A stretch of 64,000 nucleotides of DNA from NCBI GenBank assembly GCA_002104945.1, contig MCFH01000030.1:1-64000 (forward strand). Direction: 5' to 3'. The notes beneath the pieces are model-generated. The model did not search any database. It had not been told where the DNA came from and worked only from the letters and a program-made list of their open reading frames with translations. The stretch's first letter is position 1, and each line of letters opens with the position of its first letter. The translations under genes and the position numbers were made by a program. The stretch comes from Piromyces finnis finn (Eukaryota; Fungi; Neocallimastigomycota). Of the stretch, positions 26,701 through 38,781 are shown in pieces.

Positions 26701-27120
26701 GAATAAAGCCCATGTATTTTCTATAAATTAATTTAATATTATCAATACTATTCTTAATATATTTCCTATTGAAATATAAATAAATCTATTTTTAAAACTA
26801 AGTTAAAATTATTAAACTATTCTAAATTTAAATAAAAAAGTATAATCTATTCTAAAACTAAATAAAAAGTATTTGAAAAATATTTTAATTATTTAAAATA
26901 TTTGAAATATTTAAATTTAATTAAAATTCTTTTATTCCTTAAACTTAAATATTTATCTTAATTTAAATTTAACGGAATTATTATAAAATAATTTATTATT
27001 AAATTATTCCATAAAATTTACTCAAAAATTTTATAATCAGTTTTACTAAATATTAATTTATTATTTAATAATTAATAATTAATTATTAAATAATCTAAAG
27101 ATATATATTATATCTTTACA
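20773..27120 (-). mobile_element. Non-autonomous LTR retroelement, copy B
   Basis: Reverse complement of A; LTRs 26328-27120 (5') and 20773-21563 (3'); self-priming site 26317-26327. Confidence 0.95.
24245..25783 (-). repeat. Array of 8 stem-loop units (copy B)
   Basis: Cores at about 25716, 25425, 25203, 25018, 24867, 24703, 24505 and 24259; one more unit than A. Confidence 0.95.
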
Positions 27121-29816
27121 GTAAAATATTTTTTTATTCCTTCAGGTAGGTCTAAATCTCTTGGATTAAAATCAGACAAAATTGCATAAGCACAATTTAC
27201 TATTTCATCAGAATTTTTAGAAGGTAATCTTGAAAGGGCATCAGCAAAAACATTTTTCTTTCCTTTATCATATTTTAATTCAATTTTATATTTATTAAAT
27301 TCTTCAATCCATCTTGCATGTCTACCTTTTGATGGAATATTCTTTTTATAAAATCCCAGTAATGGTTTATGATCAGTAATTAATATGGTAGGATTTTTAT
27401 TACTTATAATATATTGACGAAATTGTAGAATTGCATAATAAATAGCTAATCCTTCAAGGTCAGTAACAGAATAATTCTTTTCTGAAGTAGATAAAGTACG
27501 ACTAATACAACAAATTGGATGTTCCAATTTGTCCCCCTCCACCTGTAAGAGTACAGCACCAATGCCATTAGTTGATGCATCAGTACGAATAATAAATTCT
27601 TTATTAAAATCAGGATAACTTAAAATAGGATCACTTAATAGACATTGTCGGATATCTTCAAAAGCATTATTACATTCTTGTGACCAAATATATTCTTGGT
27701 CTTTCTTTAATAAATTAAAAAGAGAGCTTGCTCTAATAGAAAAATTTTGAATAAACTTGCGGTAGTAACTAGCTAAACCTAGGAATGATCTTAGTTCATT
27801 AACATTTCTTGGAGCATTCCATAAGGCAATACTTTGAACTTTAGAAGGAACAGTTTTTAATCCATTAGGTGTAAGTACATGTCCTAGTACTTCTACCTTT
27901 TCTTGAAAGAATTTACATTTTTGTAAATTAAGAGAAAGATTATATTTAGATAATATTTCAAAAACTTGTTGTAAATGATAAAGATGTTCTTCAGGTGATT
28001 TAGAATAAACAACAATATCATCAATATAAACAAAAAGACATTTACCAATTAATGGTAAGAGAATCCTATTCATTTCTCGCTGGAAAGTAGCGGGAGCATT
28101 AGTTAAACCAAATGGCATTACTTTAAAATTATAATTACCAAATTTTGTTGTAAAAGCAGTTTTTTCAATATCATTTGGATTCATAGGAATTTGATGATAG
28201 CCAGAATATAAATCTAAAGCAGAAAATATTTTTGCACCATTAACAGAAGAAATTAATTCATCAATAAAAGGAAGTGCATAAGAATCCTTAATGGTAATTT
28301 CATTAAGTCTTCTATAATCAATACACATTCTCCATTTACCATTTTTCTTTTGTACAAGCAGAACTGGAAATGACCATGGAGAGTGAGAAGGAGTAATTAA
28401 ACCTTTATCAAGTAATGAAAGAATTTCACTTTTTAAAATATCAGCATGTTCCTTAGATAATTTATAAGGTTTTAATTTTATTGGTTTATTAGTAGTAGTA
28501 ATTATAGAATGAGGCTCTAGATCCGCAGTAGTTAATTGAGACATTGATGTAGCCATACAATTTTTATATTTATTTATAATATGTTCAAATTTTGATTTAA
28601 TATTATCAGGTGTTGAATTTAAAATTTCTTTTAATGTATCTTGAAATTCTTGGTTTTCTTCTTTTGAAATAATTATAGAATTCATCAAAGGAATATCATT
28701 AATATCATTATCATTACTATTGATAATATTTGTAATTTTCTTTAAACCTTTTTTTGTTTTTTGATATATATAATCATCATCAGGGTCAATAAATAAACGG
28801 TATTTCTTTTGAATACCTCTTCCAAAAATTATATCAAATTATGGGTTACTTTGTTCTATAATATAAAATTTTTCTAAAATAGTACAACAATTATTAATAT
28901 TTATTTTTAAAGTAGTAAAAATATTTGTAGGAACAGTAGTACCATTAGCAATAGTTATATTTTGTTCCTCATCACTTTTTTCAATATTTTTATTAGATAA
29001 TTTATTAAAACCATTTGTAGTAATGATATTGACGTTTGCGCCAGTATCATAAAGAATTTTTAAATATTTTCCATCTATATCACCAATTATTAATGGAATA
29101 TTAGAGTTATTAAAGGAGTACATCACTTTTTCAATTTTAGGTTTACATCCTTGTTCTAATTCTTTTCTAAGTGATGGACTAGCAGAAAGTAATTGGGAAA
29201 GACTTATTTTTGGATATAAATTATTTGCTTCTTTAATTATACTAAATTTATCTTTGGTTTTTAACATTTGTATTTCTGTCATATTTCTTTTTGTGGTTAC
29301 TTTGGTTTTGACAGAATTTTTCTTTACTTTTACATCACTTGTTTCATTATTATTTTTAAAAGTTTCTTCATTGGTAGAATCATTAGAGTTATTAATTTCA
29401 ATAGGTTGGATATGTTCTTTTGTATTAGTAACTTCTTCTAAAGGTATTTCATTTGTATTATTTTGTTCTTCTTCACTTTCTATTTCTATTTCTTCATTTG
29501 GGGTTTCTTCCATAACTTCATCTTTATCTTCGCTAATTTTTCTTCTACGAGTATCTCTAATAGCCTTCTTTTGTTGTTTTAAATTCCTAATATTAGGTTG
29601 GTTAAGTATTGAGGGTTTGACAATACTTTTATTATTTGGTGATATTTTATTTTTATCTAATGTTTTAACATTTATTTTCTTCTTTTGAGCCGCATTAATA
29701 GAATAATTATTTTCATTAGAGATATTGGAATTTATTTGTGCTTCTTGTGTATTTTGTGAACTATTTGCAATTTTAGTTTTTATGGGAGATTGCTTACTCC
29801 CATTATTTAGTTTAAA
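27121..29816 (-). pseudogene. pol: Element Y pol (protease, RT, RNase H) with in-frame TAA at 28839-28841, interrupted at 27121 by B
   Basis: LYDTGA protease; YIDDIVVY RT; RTDASTNG RNase H. Track ORFs 28839-29513 and 27108-28688 are in the same frame. Confidence 0.92.
29782..29816 (-). promoter_or_regulatory. Putative -1 ribosomal frameshift signal of Y
   Basis: TTTAAAC slippery heptamer at the gag stop, 6-nt spacer, then stem ATGGGAG/CTCCCAT; pol is in the -1 frame. Confidence 0.8.
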
Positions 29817-30775
29817 TGATTGTATTCATCATCTAATTCTGGACAATCATTCGTAGTATGACCTATTCTTTTACAATTTAAGCAAACATTAATTTTTAGG
29901 TCCGCAAGCTTTTGAGTTATTTCTTTTAACTCATCATCATTATTTTGTGGGTATTTTAAGGTACTTTTTCTTTGCTCAACGTTTTGATTAATATTATTAA
30001 ATCTTGAATAATTATTGTTATCATTATTGTAGTTATTATTTTGAATATTACTATTATAATTATTATTTCTGTAGTTATTAGTATAATTTCTATTATTATA
30101 ATTTTTAAAACTATTTTGAGTAGTGTTATTGTTATTCATTCGGTTATAACTATTAAATTTATTTGAATATGCTCTATCATTATTTCTTTGAGTATTATTA
30201 TCATTTGGAGACCTTCTAGAATTAATGGAAGTTCTTATTTTTGGTCTATTTTCTTCAACTATATTGAAAATTTTCTCTTTCTTAATAGTAATGTTTCTGG
30301 CTTCTTCTAAACTTTTTGGTTCAGCTTCTAAAAGTGCTTCGTAAGTTTTAGTAAGGTTTCTAAAAGCATTAATATAGTAGGACAATATGATTTCATTTGA
30401 CATTTTTAAGTTTGTTTTATTTATTACAGAGTCAAATTTAATATTGAATTCAGATACACTTTCATTTTTCTTTATTGTAATAGTAGACAATTCTAATAAT
30501 CTAGAATTCTTTGGTACTGAACCCTTAAAATGACTTTTAAGATTTTTGATGATGGTATTATAATCATCTGGTGTTTCTTTATTTAATGCATTAACTACAA
30601 TTGTTCTAGCGGTACCTGTAGTTAATGATATAAGATATTCTAACTTTTCTTGTTCTGGTATCTTATATAAATTACACCAATGTTTAAAAGAAAATTCCCA
30701 ATCATCAAATTCAACCTTTGTTGAACCCAAAATAGGTATTCTATTAAAGGTGATACCTTTAGTAGTATTATCCAT
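29807..30775 (-). CDS. gag: Element Y gag
   Basis: 322 aa with C-terminal CCHC knuckle CLNCKRIGHTTNDC, upstream of pol. Confidence 0.9.
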   Translation of the reverse strand: MDNTTKGITFNRIPILGSTKVEFDDWEFSFKHWCNLYKIPEQEKLEYLISLTTGTARTIVVNALNKETPDDYNTIIKNLKSHFKGSVPKNSRLLELSTITIKKNESVSEFNIKFDSVINKTNLKMSNEIILSYYINAFRNLTKTYEALLEAEPKSLEEARNITIKKEKIFNIVEENRPKIRTSINSRRSPNDNNTQRNNDRAYSNKFNSYNRMNNNNTTQNSFKNYNNRNYTNNYRNNNYNSNIQNNNYNNDNNNYSRFNNINQNVEQRKSTLKYPQNNDDELKEITQKLADLKINVCLNCKRIGHTTNDCPELDDEYNHLN

Positions 30776-32143
30776 TATTACTTTTTATTTTTATTTTATT
30801 TAATTTTATTTTAATATTTTATTTAAAAGTTTTAATTTTATTTGTTTATAATAAGTACAATAATATATTTTTATTTACAATTATTTTTATTTATACTGAA
30901 TTTTTTTTATTTACAATAATATAATTTTATTTACAAGTATTTAGTATTATTTACAATAATTTGTTCACAATAAAATAATTTTATTTACAGATATTTTTTT
31001 TTTTATAAAGGATATTAGGTTTTTTTTTTTTATTAATAAAATATACTCTTATATAATGTAGTATGATAGAGAGCAATTTAGTTGTTATGTGTAGACAGTT
31101 ATTTTAATTTTATTGTTATTAGGGAACTTTATTCTTGAGAAAATTTTATTAACGTTATGAGTATATTTTATTTATATCAAATTTTTTTTATATATTAGTA
31201 TTGTTATTTATAAAGAATAGTTGTTTTTAATGTAAGGTATATATATATATTTTTTTTTATTATTACAAAGCAGAAAGATAATATTGATTATGTTGTTATA
31301 GTACCTTCAGAGTACCCGACAGTTTCGTCACCGTGCCTTTCGACCTCCACTAACTAACCGTCATAAATATTAAGTGGTGTAATATTTACTTATTAGTTAG
31401 CGCTCTACTCCCCCACGATATGTGATAAAACTGCACTCTTACTAACTTACTATAAAACACTTTAATTATCTCAGTAATTAATTAACCGAAAAGATAAACA
31501 AAAGTTATTTTTCGCTGAAAATTAACTAAAAAGACAACTCAATATTATTGCTTTTATTATTTGAAATTTATAACAATACTTTTAATTTTATTTAACCGAT
31601 GATTATATTTTATAATTTTTATTAAATAATTTTTATCTTTAATTTATAAATTATAATTATTAATTTATAATTATAATTTATGTATTTCTTTTTCTTTTAA
31701 AAAAAAATAATTAAATATAAAACTTTATTTACAGGATTTATTTTTCGCTTTTTAGTGCCTTACAACAATTTAATTAACCGGCAAAAGCTACTAACTAGAG
31801 GTGATATACTAGACCTCAAAATAAATTTAAACTATATATTTTTATGTCGCTTTACCTTCACGACAAACCTTTAGCCTTCGGTGACTAAAGTTCCTTATTC
31901 GCCAGAGTTCACAAAAGTATTCAACTTGAGAGTCCTGTATTGCGTGCTTTTTATCACACTAACAATCCCTTCCCCCAAGTAAGCGTGCTATTCACACTCG
32001 TCCTACTTTTACAAATACTTCAGTGATTAACAGCTATAGTTTCTAACCAACTGAAACTAGTTAATTATACACTGAAACTCTGTATATGAGCTCTATACGC
32101 TCCTAGTATATTTTTACAAGTATTTTTATTTATAAAGTTTTAT

Positions 32144-32191
<48 letters not shown>

Positions 32192-32389
32192 GTTTGTTTG
32201 GTGTATATATATTTTTATATATATATACTTAAATCTTTATTTATTATTATTTTGATTTATTTTTATTTTATATTTATTTTTATGTGTATATATCTAATGT
32301 ATATATACCTATTTTATTATTATAATTAATTCTTTCAACTATCTTATTTATAATATTATCAATCTATTTATCTAATAATTTTTCTATAC

Positions 32390-32426
<37 letters not shown>

Positions 32427-32786
32427 CTTTTCTTATTTAAAATATCTATATATTTTATCTAATATATAATGTTTATATATCAATTTACTATATTAATACT
32501 ATACTATTAAGTATTATAATTTATTTATTTTATTTTAATATTGATTTAATAATATTTAAATAATATTTCAATATTGAATATTGATTTATTATTTTAATAT
32601 TATTTTATTATTTAATAAGTTATAATTTCTAAATAGATAAAATATTGAGAATATTTAACTATTCTATTAACTATCTATTCTATACTATTATAACTTAATT
32701 ATTTAATTAATTTCATAGAATATTTTACTATTCTATATGAAATTTTTATATAAAGAAAATTTATATATTTACCTTATTTTGATTCT

Positions 32787-32802
32787 CCGGTTCGAAGGAC
32801 CA
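32787..32802 (-). promoter_or_regulatory. PBS of Y, probably tRNA-Tyr
   Basis: TGGTCCTTCGAACCGG starts 1 nt after the LTR and resembles the complement of eukaryotic tRNA-Tyr 3' ends (recalled, not searched). Confidence 0.7.
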
Positions 32803-32803
32803 T

Positions 32804-33594
32804 TGATATAATTTGATAATAATCTTAATTTTGAATTTTACTTCAAAAAGTGATTATTATATTATATCTTGAGTTATAACTATATAAGTTATATGGATTA
32901 GAATTTAAAATTGTTTTTATAAAGATTAATAAAATTGTTTTATTAAAAACACTAAATTGTTTTATTAGAAACACTCGTTTTTCTAATATTTAAATATTTA
33001 AAATTTTATTTAATTAATTATAAAAGTGATTATTAAAATTATAATATTTCTTTATTAATAATAATAATAATGATTAAAATAAGAATATTTACATGTATTT
33101 ATATTTTCTTTTAGATTTAAACTATTTACATTAAAACAATAAAATTAATAACTATTTACAATAAAAGTAATAAAAGTAATTAGAAATAACAATAAAAGAA
33201 ATAATTAAAAGTTAAAGAATATAAAAAGTTGTTTATTTTACAATTAATTAAAGTAATAATTATTTTTAATGTTTTAATAAAGGTGTTTAATTATATTATT
33301 TTATAACATGAATTATTATATTTGTTTACTTTTAAAGTGTAATTTACTAACGAAGTTATTAAACATTTAATTTAACAATTAATTTAACAAAAGTTATATA
33401 TTTTGATCTCGATTAATTAAAGTTTATTATTTTCTTTCAATAATCAAAATATATGCAGTGTTTAGGATTAATTTTATTTAAGAATTTTGGTAAAGTACTT
33501 AATTAAACTATAACTTGTTTTAAGTTACTTTTAGGGTTAACTTAAAAATCAGGTTTAATAATAATTTTATATTTATTAATTTCATTATTTATCA
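32804..33594 (-). repeat. 5' LTR of Y
   Basis: Reverse complement of 9104-9894, followed by the PBS. Confidence 0.93.
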
Positions 33595-33598
33595 AAAA

Positions 33599-34161
33599 TG
33601 ATAAATAATTAAATTTATAAATTATAAATTAATAATAATAATAATAATAATAATTAAAATATAGATAAAAATTTAAAATATTTAACATGTATAAAATTAT
33701 TAAATTAAAAATTATAAATGTAAACTTTTTGTTTATTTAATTGTTTATTTCTTTTTAAATTAAATAGTTTATATTTGTTTATAATTATATCTTAAAATAA
33801 TAATTTTGTATAAATAGTGATAGAATTACTTATTTTTAAAAATGTTCCTAATAATCCAGAAAAATTAGATAATAATATTAAATTTATTAAAATAATACTT
33901 ATAATTATATTCATATACATACCGAGATGTATTAATAACAAAATATATATATATTTAATAATACTAGAGTTATTAAATATCAAAATTTATAATTAAATAA
34001 ACATTATTTTATAAAACTAACTAATACTTGAAAATGAACAAGTATAAAAATCATTTATTTTTATTTTCTTTATTTTTATTTATTAAATATTTTTTTTAGA
34101 TACAAATATTATCACTTTCTATATTCATTTATGGAACTAAGATAATATTTACTACGTATCA
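33599..34161 (+). mobile_element. Solo LTR family Z, copy 3 (more diverged, short AAT tract)
   Basis: Similar to 13504-14254; flanked by AAAA and AAA. Confidence 0.8.
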
Positions 34162-34164
34162 AAA

Positions 34165-35260
34165 TGATGCGTTGACCGATATATTTTTGAATAATATAAT
34201 ATTTTTAATAAATAATAAATTCTAATATTTATGATGAAACAATAAATTTAAAATAAAATAAAATATGTTTTATAATTAACAAATAAATCACTCAAAAACT
34301 CGAAAATAAACTCTTTTTATTATGTTTAAATTATCTCTTTATTATATTTATAATTTATTTATTGTCTATTTATTGTCCCCCCTTTATAAAGAAGAATTTT
34401 ATCTTCCTTTTATACATTTTCATTTATTACAGGTATTATTATTTTTAACTATTAAATGCTATTATAACTATTGTTATTATTTATTAAAATTAAAAGAATA
34501 AATTAAAATTATGTCTTAGTATTATAAAATATTATAGAATATTACTTATTTGATTTTCTTATTACTTCAAAATGTTTAAATTTAGAAAAATTATTATAAA
34601 TTATCATTGACTATCATTAAATGTATAATACCTTGAATAAAATAATTAAAATTTAAAATTAAAATAATATTAAAATAAAATTAAAATAAAATTAAAATAA
34701 AAATTTAACAAAATTAAAATATTAAAAGTATCAATTATTATAAACACTCATTTTATACAGAAACATAAAAGAGTTCTGTATTTTATCTTTGGAATTGTTA
34801 TTATTGTTCTATTTCCAGGTTTTAAGTTTATCACTTTTAGTAATAATTACTCAATTAGTTATTTTTTTAATTTATATATATAATTTTAAAAGAATTTCTA
34901 AAGAACACTTGAATAAAACACTAGAATTAATAATTTGATGTATATCATTTTATTTTTAGTTTATTTATTCATTTTTATTTATTTATTATTATTTTATTAT
35001 TTTAGTACATTATTGGATTAAGTCGTTTTATTTTATTTAATAATTTATTTTATTATTATCACTATTAGGTCGTTTTTACTCAGAATTTATTATATAATAA
35101 AGATAATATTATTTATTTAAAGAAAGGGTTATATTTTCATAAAATTATTATTCATTCATCTTTAAGGGTTATTATTGTTTATTTTTATTATAAGTTACTA
35201 TGGGTTAAGTCGTGTTTATTCAGCTAGTTTTTATCATGTTTTTATGTGAGTAGCGTATCA
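34165..35260 (+). mobile_element. Solo LTR family W, copy 2
   Basis: Near-identical to 14258-15373; flanked by AAA and AAAA. Confidence 0.8.
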
Positions 35261-35264
35261 AAAA

Positions 35265-37894
35265 TGCTACGGTTCAAATAAGATATCACAAAACACTTGA
35301 ATAGTTATAAAAATAAAAATTTATTTAATTTTAATTTTTATTCATTTAATTTATTTTTGATTTTTCAATTTTTAAAATTTTTCTCAAAAATCCTCGTACT
35401 TTTTCCAACTATCCATTATTTTAAATTTAATGGTTTTGGATAGCTAAGGATTTAAATTGATTTCATTCATAATATATGGATCATTCACTGTAACATATAT
35501 TAATTAAATCCTTAATATATATTATGAATAATCTCTTAATATTTGAATAGAAAAATTTTTAATTTATAATTAATAAATTTTTAATTTATGATATGTGTAA
35601 CATTTTTGCATATCATATATTATATATTTAATTATGACATATAATAAAATTATATTATTCAATTAATTATGCCCTTTTTTAGACATAAATAATAATTTTT
35701 CTGTCGAGGTATCTTCTGTTTTGTGTGTAACAGTTGCCTCTTTTAGTAAAAATTATAATTAAATTCTATGTCATAATTTCAAATTATAAAATATTATACA
35801 ATAAAGTTAATTAATAAAATAAACCTTAAATAATAATAAAATACCTATAACTATTTTAATAATAAAATTTTGTAAAATTTTATAAGTATAAAATATTATA
35901 AGTAATTATACTAATACTAATAATAAAGGTCTTAAATAACTATATACAAATAATATAACTATATAATAAAAATATTAATAATTACTAGAAAAATGTATAA
36001 AAATTATATATTATAATTTTTATATTTTAAAAATAGAGTTAAACACTAGTAAGGAATATAAATAGTTGAAGGTTAAATGTCAAAATCACAATTCATGAAA
36101 TTTGACATTTCATGAAATTTCATAATTTTGAATTAATAGTTAAATTAATTAAAATATTAATTTAATAATATTTTACTAATAATAGTTTATTTAATATAAA
36201 TATTAATTGGAAAGCTATTTATTATCCGGAGATAAATAGAGTGTAACAATTAATTAATATTAAACAAACCAATTAGTAAAATAAGATTCATTTAAATAAT
36301 TATTAATATTATTTTTAACAACTTATTAATATCGATATTTAAAGAAAATTATATTATTATTACTATTATATTTTATTAATATTTATATTTATATTATTAT
36401 ACATGTATAACTTAAATTATATTATTATTATACTTTATTAATATCAACATTATATTAAAAATGAAGTATAAATAAGTTGAACAAAGAACAACTTTAAGAA
36501 GTTCTTTGTGAGATTATTATACTCATTTTTATATAGTAAATTCAATATTTAAAATTAATAATTATCATTTACTTATATTATAAAAATTAAATAAAATATT
36601 TCTTAAAAAACTATATTTATTACTCTTTTATTTATAAAAATTTATTATTTACTATATAATTAAGCCTATCCTAACCTAGTAGACTTAATTATAATTCTAA
36701 ATCCACTCTAACTCTTGACATTAAATGTTAAGTTTTTGGGTTTGGTTATGCGGCCAGGTCAGAATGTTATTAATTATATAGTAAAAATGTTTTTTAAGAA
36801 ATTAAATTTAATTATAAAATAACACCTTAAACTCCCAAATGAAAAATGAAAAATTTATATTTACTTTAAAATAACTTTTTATAAATTTTTTATTTATTTA
36901 ATAATAATATAAATGATATTATAAGTAACTATATAATTAAGATTATAACTATAATCTTTACAAAGAATTAAAATCGAATTCAATTCATTCTCTTTTATAT
37001 TCTTTGTTCAGATTATTAAATTGATATTAATAAGAATAAAGTATTACATGTAATATATTAGTAATATAATTAAATAAGTAATAAGATTGTTTGTTTGTTT
37101 GTTTGTTTGTTTGTCATGACATAAAATAAAATAAACATATGATTAATCATTTAAACAGTTGATCCTAATTAGTAATTATAAAAACTATTCAATTAATAAT
37201 TCATCATTATTAATTGATATTACCATAACATATTTGTTATAACTAAATAATTATTATTTTCAAAATTATTTCTAATAAAACTTGCCGTTAACCTATTTTA
37301 TAATAATTAAGATTATTTAATTTATAGGTATTAACTGTTACACCTAAATGGGTCTAGTTCTATTTTTAGTAACAATCGTTATCATTAATTAAATTAATAT
37401 AACTAAAATTCCTATTGATATATTTTTAATTTCATCAAGTCATAAGAAATATTTATGATCCATACTTGATATCATATTGATTTTAATTTACCTAATAAAA
37501 TCTTTAAATGATCATAACTTCCTTAAATGATCAGTTAGAAGGACCGCGATTGTACCAAATTGTAGCTTTCTTCCTAAGCTTTCCAATAAACCTAGTTTCA
37601 TCACCGTAGCGATCGTTTTTGGCGAGTTACACCTTATTTCGTACTTGCTTATTTTTGGTTAAGGGTTATAGTATATTGATATTAAATTTTTGAAATCATA
37701 ACCCTTTCACTGAATCAAAATTTAAAAGGTGACTTTTAAAAGTGTTTTAAAATAATTATTGAAATTATTTAATTATAATTATTATGTTTAATTAATTATA
37801 GATATTATCTGAATTTGTTTTAAATCCAGTTAATATCTTCACATTAAATCCTAAAATTCTAGCTAATTCAACTATTTATGTTCATTCCTTAACA
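35265..37894 (-). mobile_element. Solo LTR of family V, split by insertion U
   Basis: 35265-36077 plus 37849-37894 rebuild the V LTR; AAAA on both sides. Confidence 0.88.
36078..37843. mobile_element. Insertion U, 1766 bp, probably a long solo LTR
   Basis: TG...CA ends with 5-bp TSD TTAAA (36073-77 and 37844-48); no ORF. Confidence 0.75.
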
Positions 37895-38781
37895 AAAATG
37901 CTACGGTTCAAATAAGATATCACAAAACACTTGAATAGTTATAAAAATAAAAATTTATTTAATTTTAATTTTTATTCATTTAATTTATTTTTTGATTTTT
38001 CAATTTTTAAAAATTTTCTCAAAAATCCTCGTACTTTTTCCAACTATCCATTATTTGAAATTTAATGGTTTTGGATAGCTAAGGATTTAAATTGATTTCA
38101 TTCATAATATATGGATCATTCACTATAACATATATTAATTAAATCCTTAATATATATTATGAATAATCTCTTAATATTTGAATAGAAAAATTTTTAATTT
38201 ATAATTAATAAAATTTTAATTTATGATATGTGTAACATTTTTGCATATCATATATTATATATTTAATTATGACATATAATAAAATTATATTATTCAATTA
38301 ATTATGCCCTTTTTTAGACATAAATAATAATTTTTCTGTCGAGGTATCTTCTGTTTTGTGTGTAACAGTTGCCTCTTTTAGTAAAAATTATAATTAAATT
38401 CTATGTCATAATTTCAAATTATAAAATATTATACAATAAAGTTAATTAATAAAATAAACCTTAAATAATAATAAAATTCCTATAACTATTTTAATAATAA
38501 AATTTTGTAAAATTTATAAGTATAAAATATTATAAGTAATTATACTAATACTAATAATAAAGGTCTTAAATAACTATATACAAATAATATAACTATATAA
38601 TAAAAATATGAATAATTACTAGAAAAATGTATAAAAATTATATATTATAATTTTTATATTTTAAAAATAGAGTTAAACACTAGTAAGGAATATAAATAGT
38701 TGAAGGTTAATTCCTAAAATTCTAGCTAATTCAACTATTTATGTTCATTCCTTAACAGAATGCCCTTCGTTAAAACTCAAG

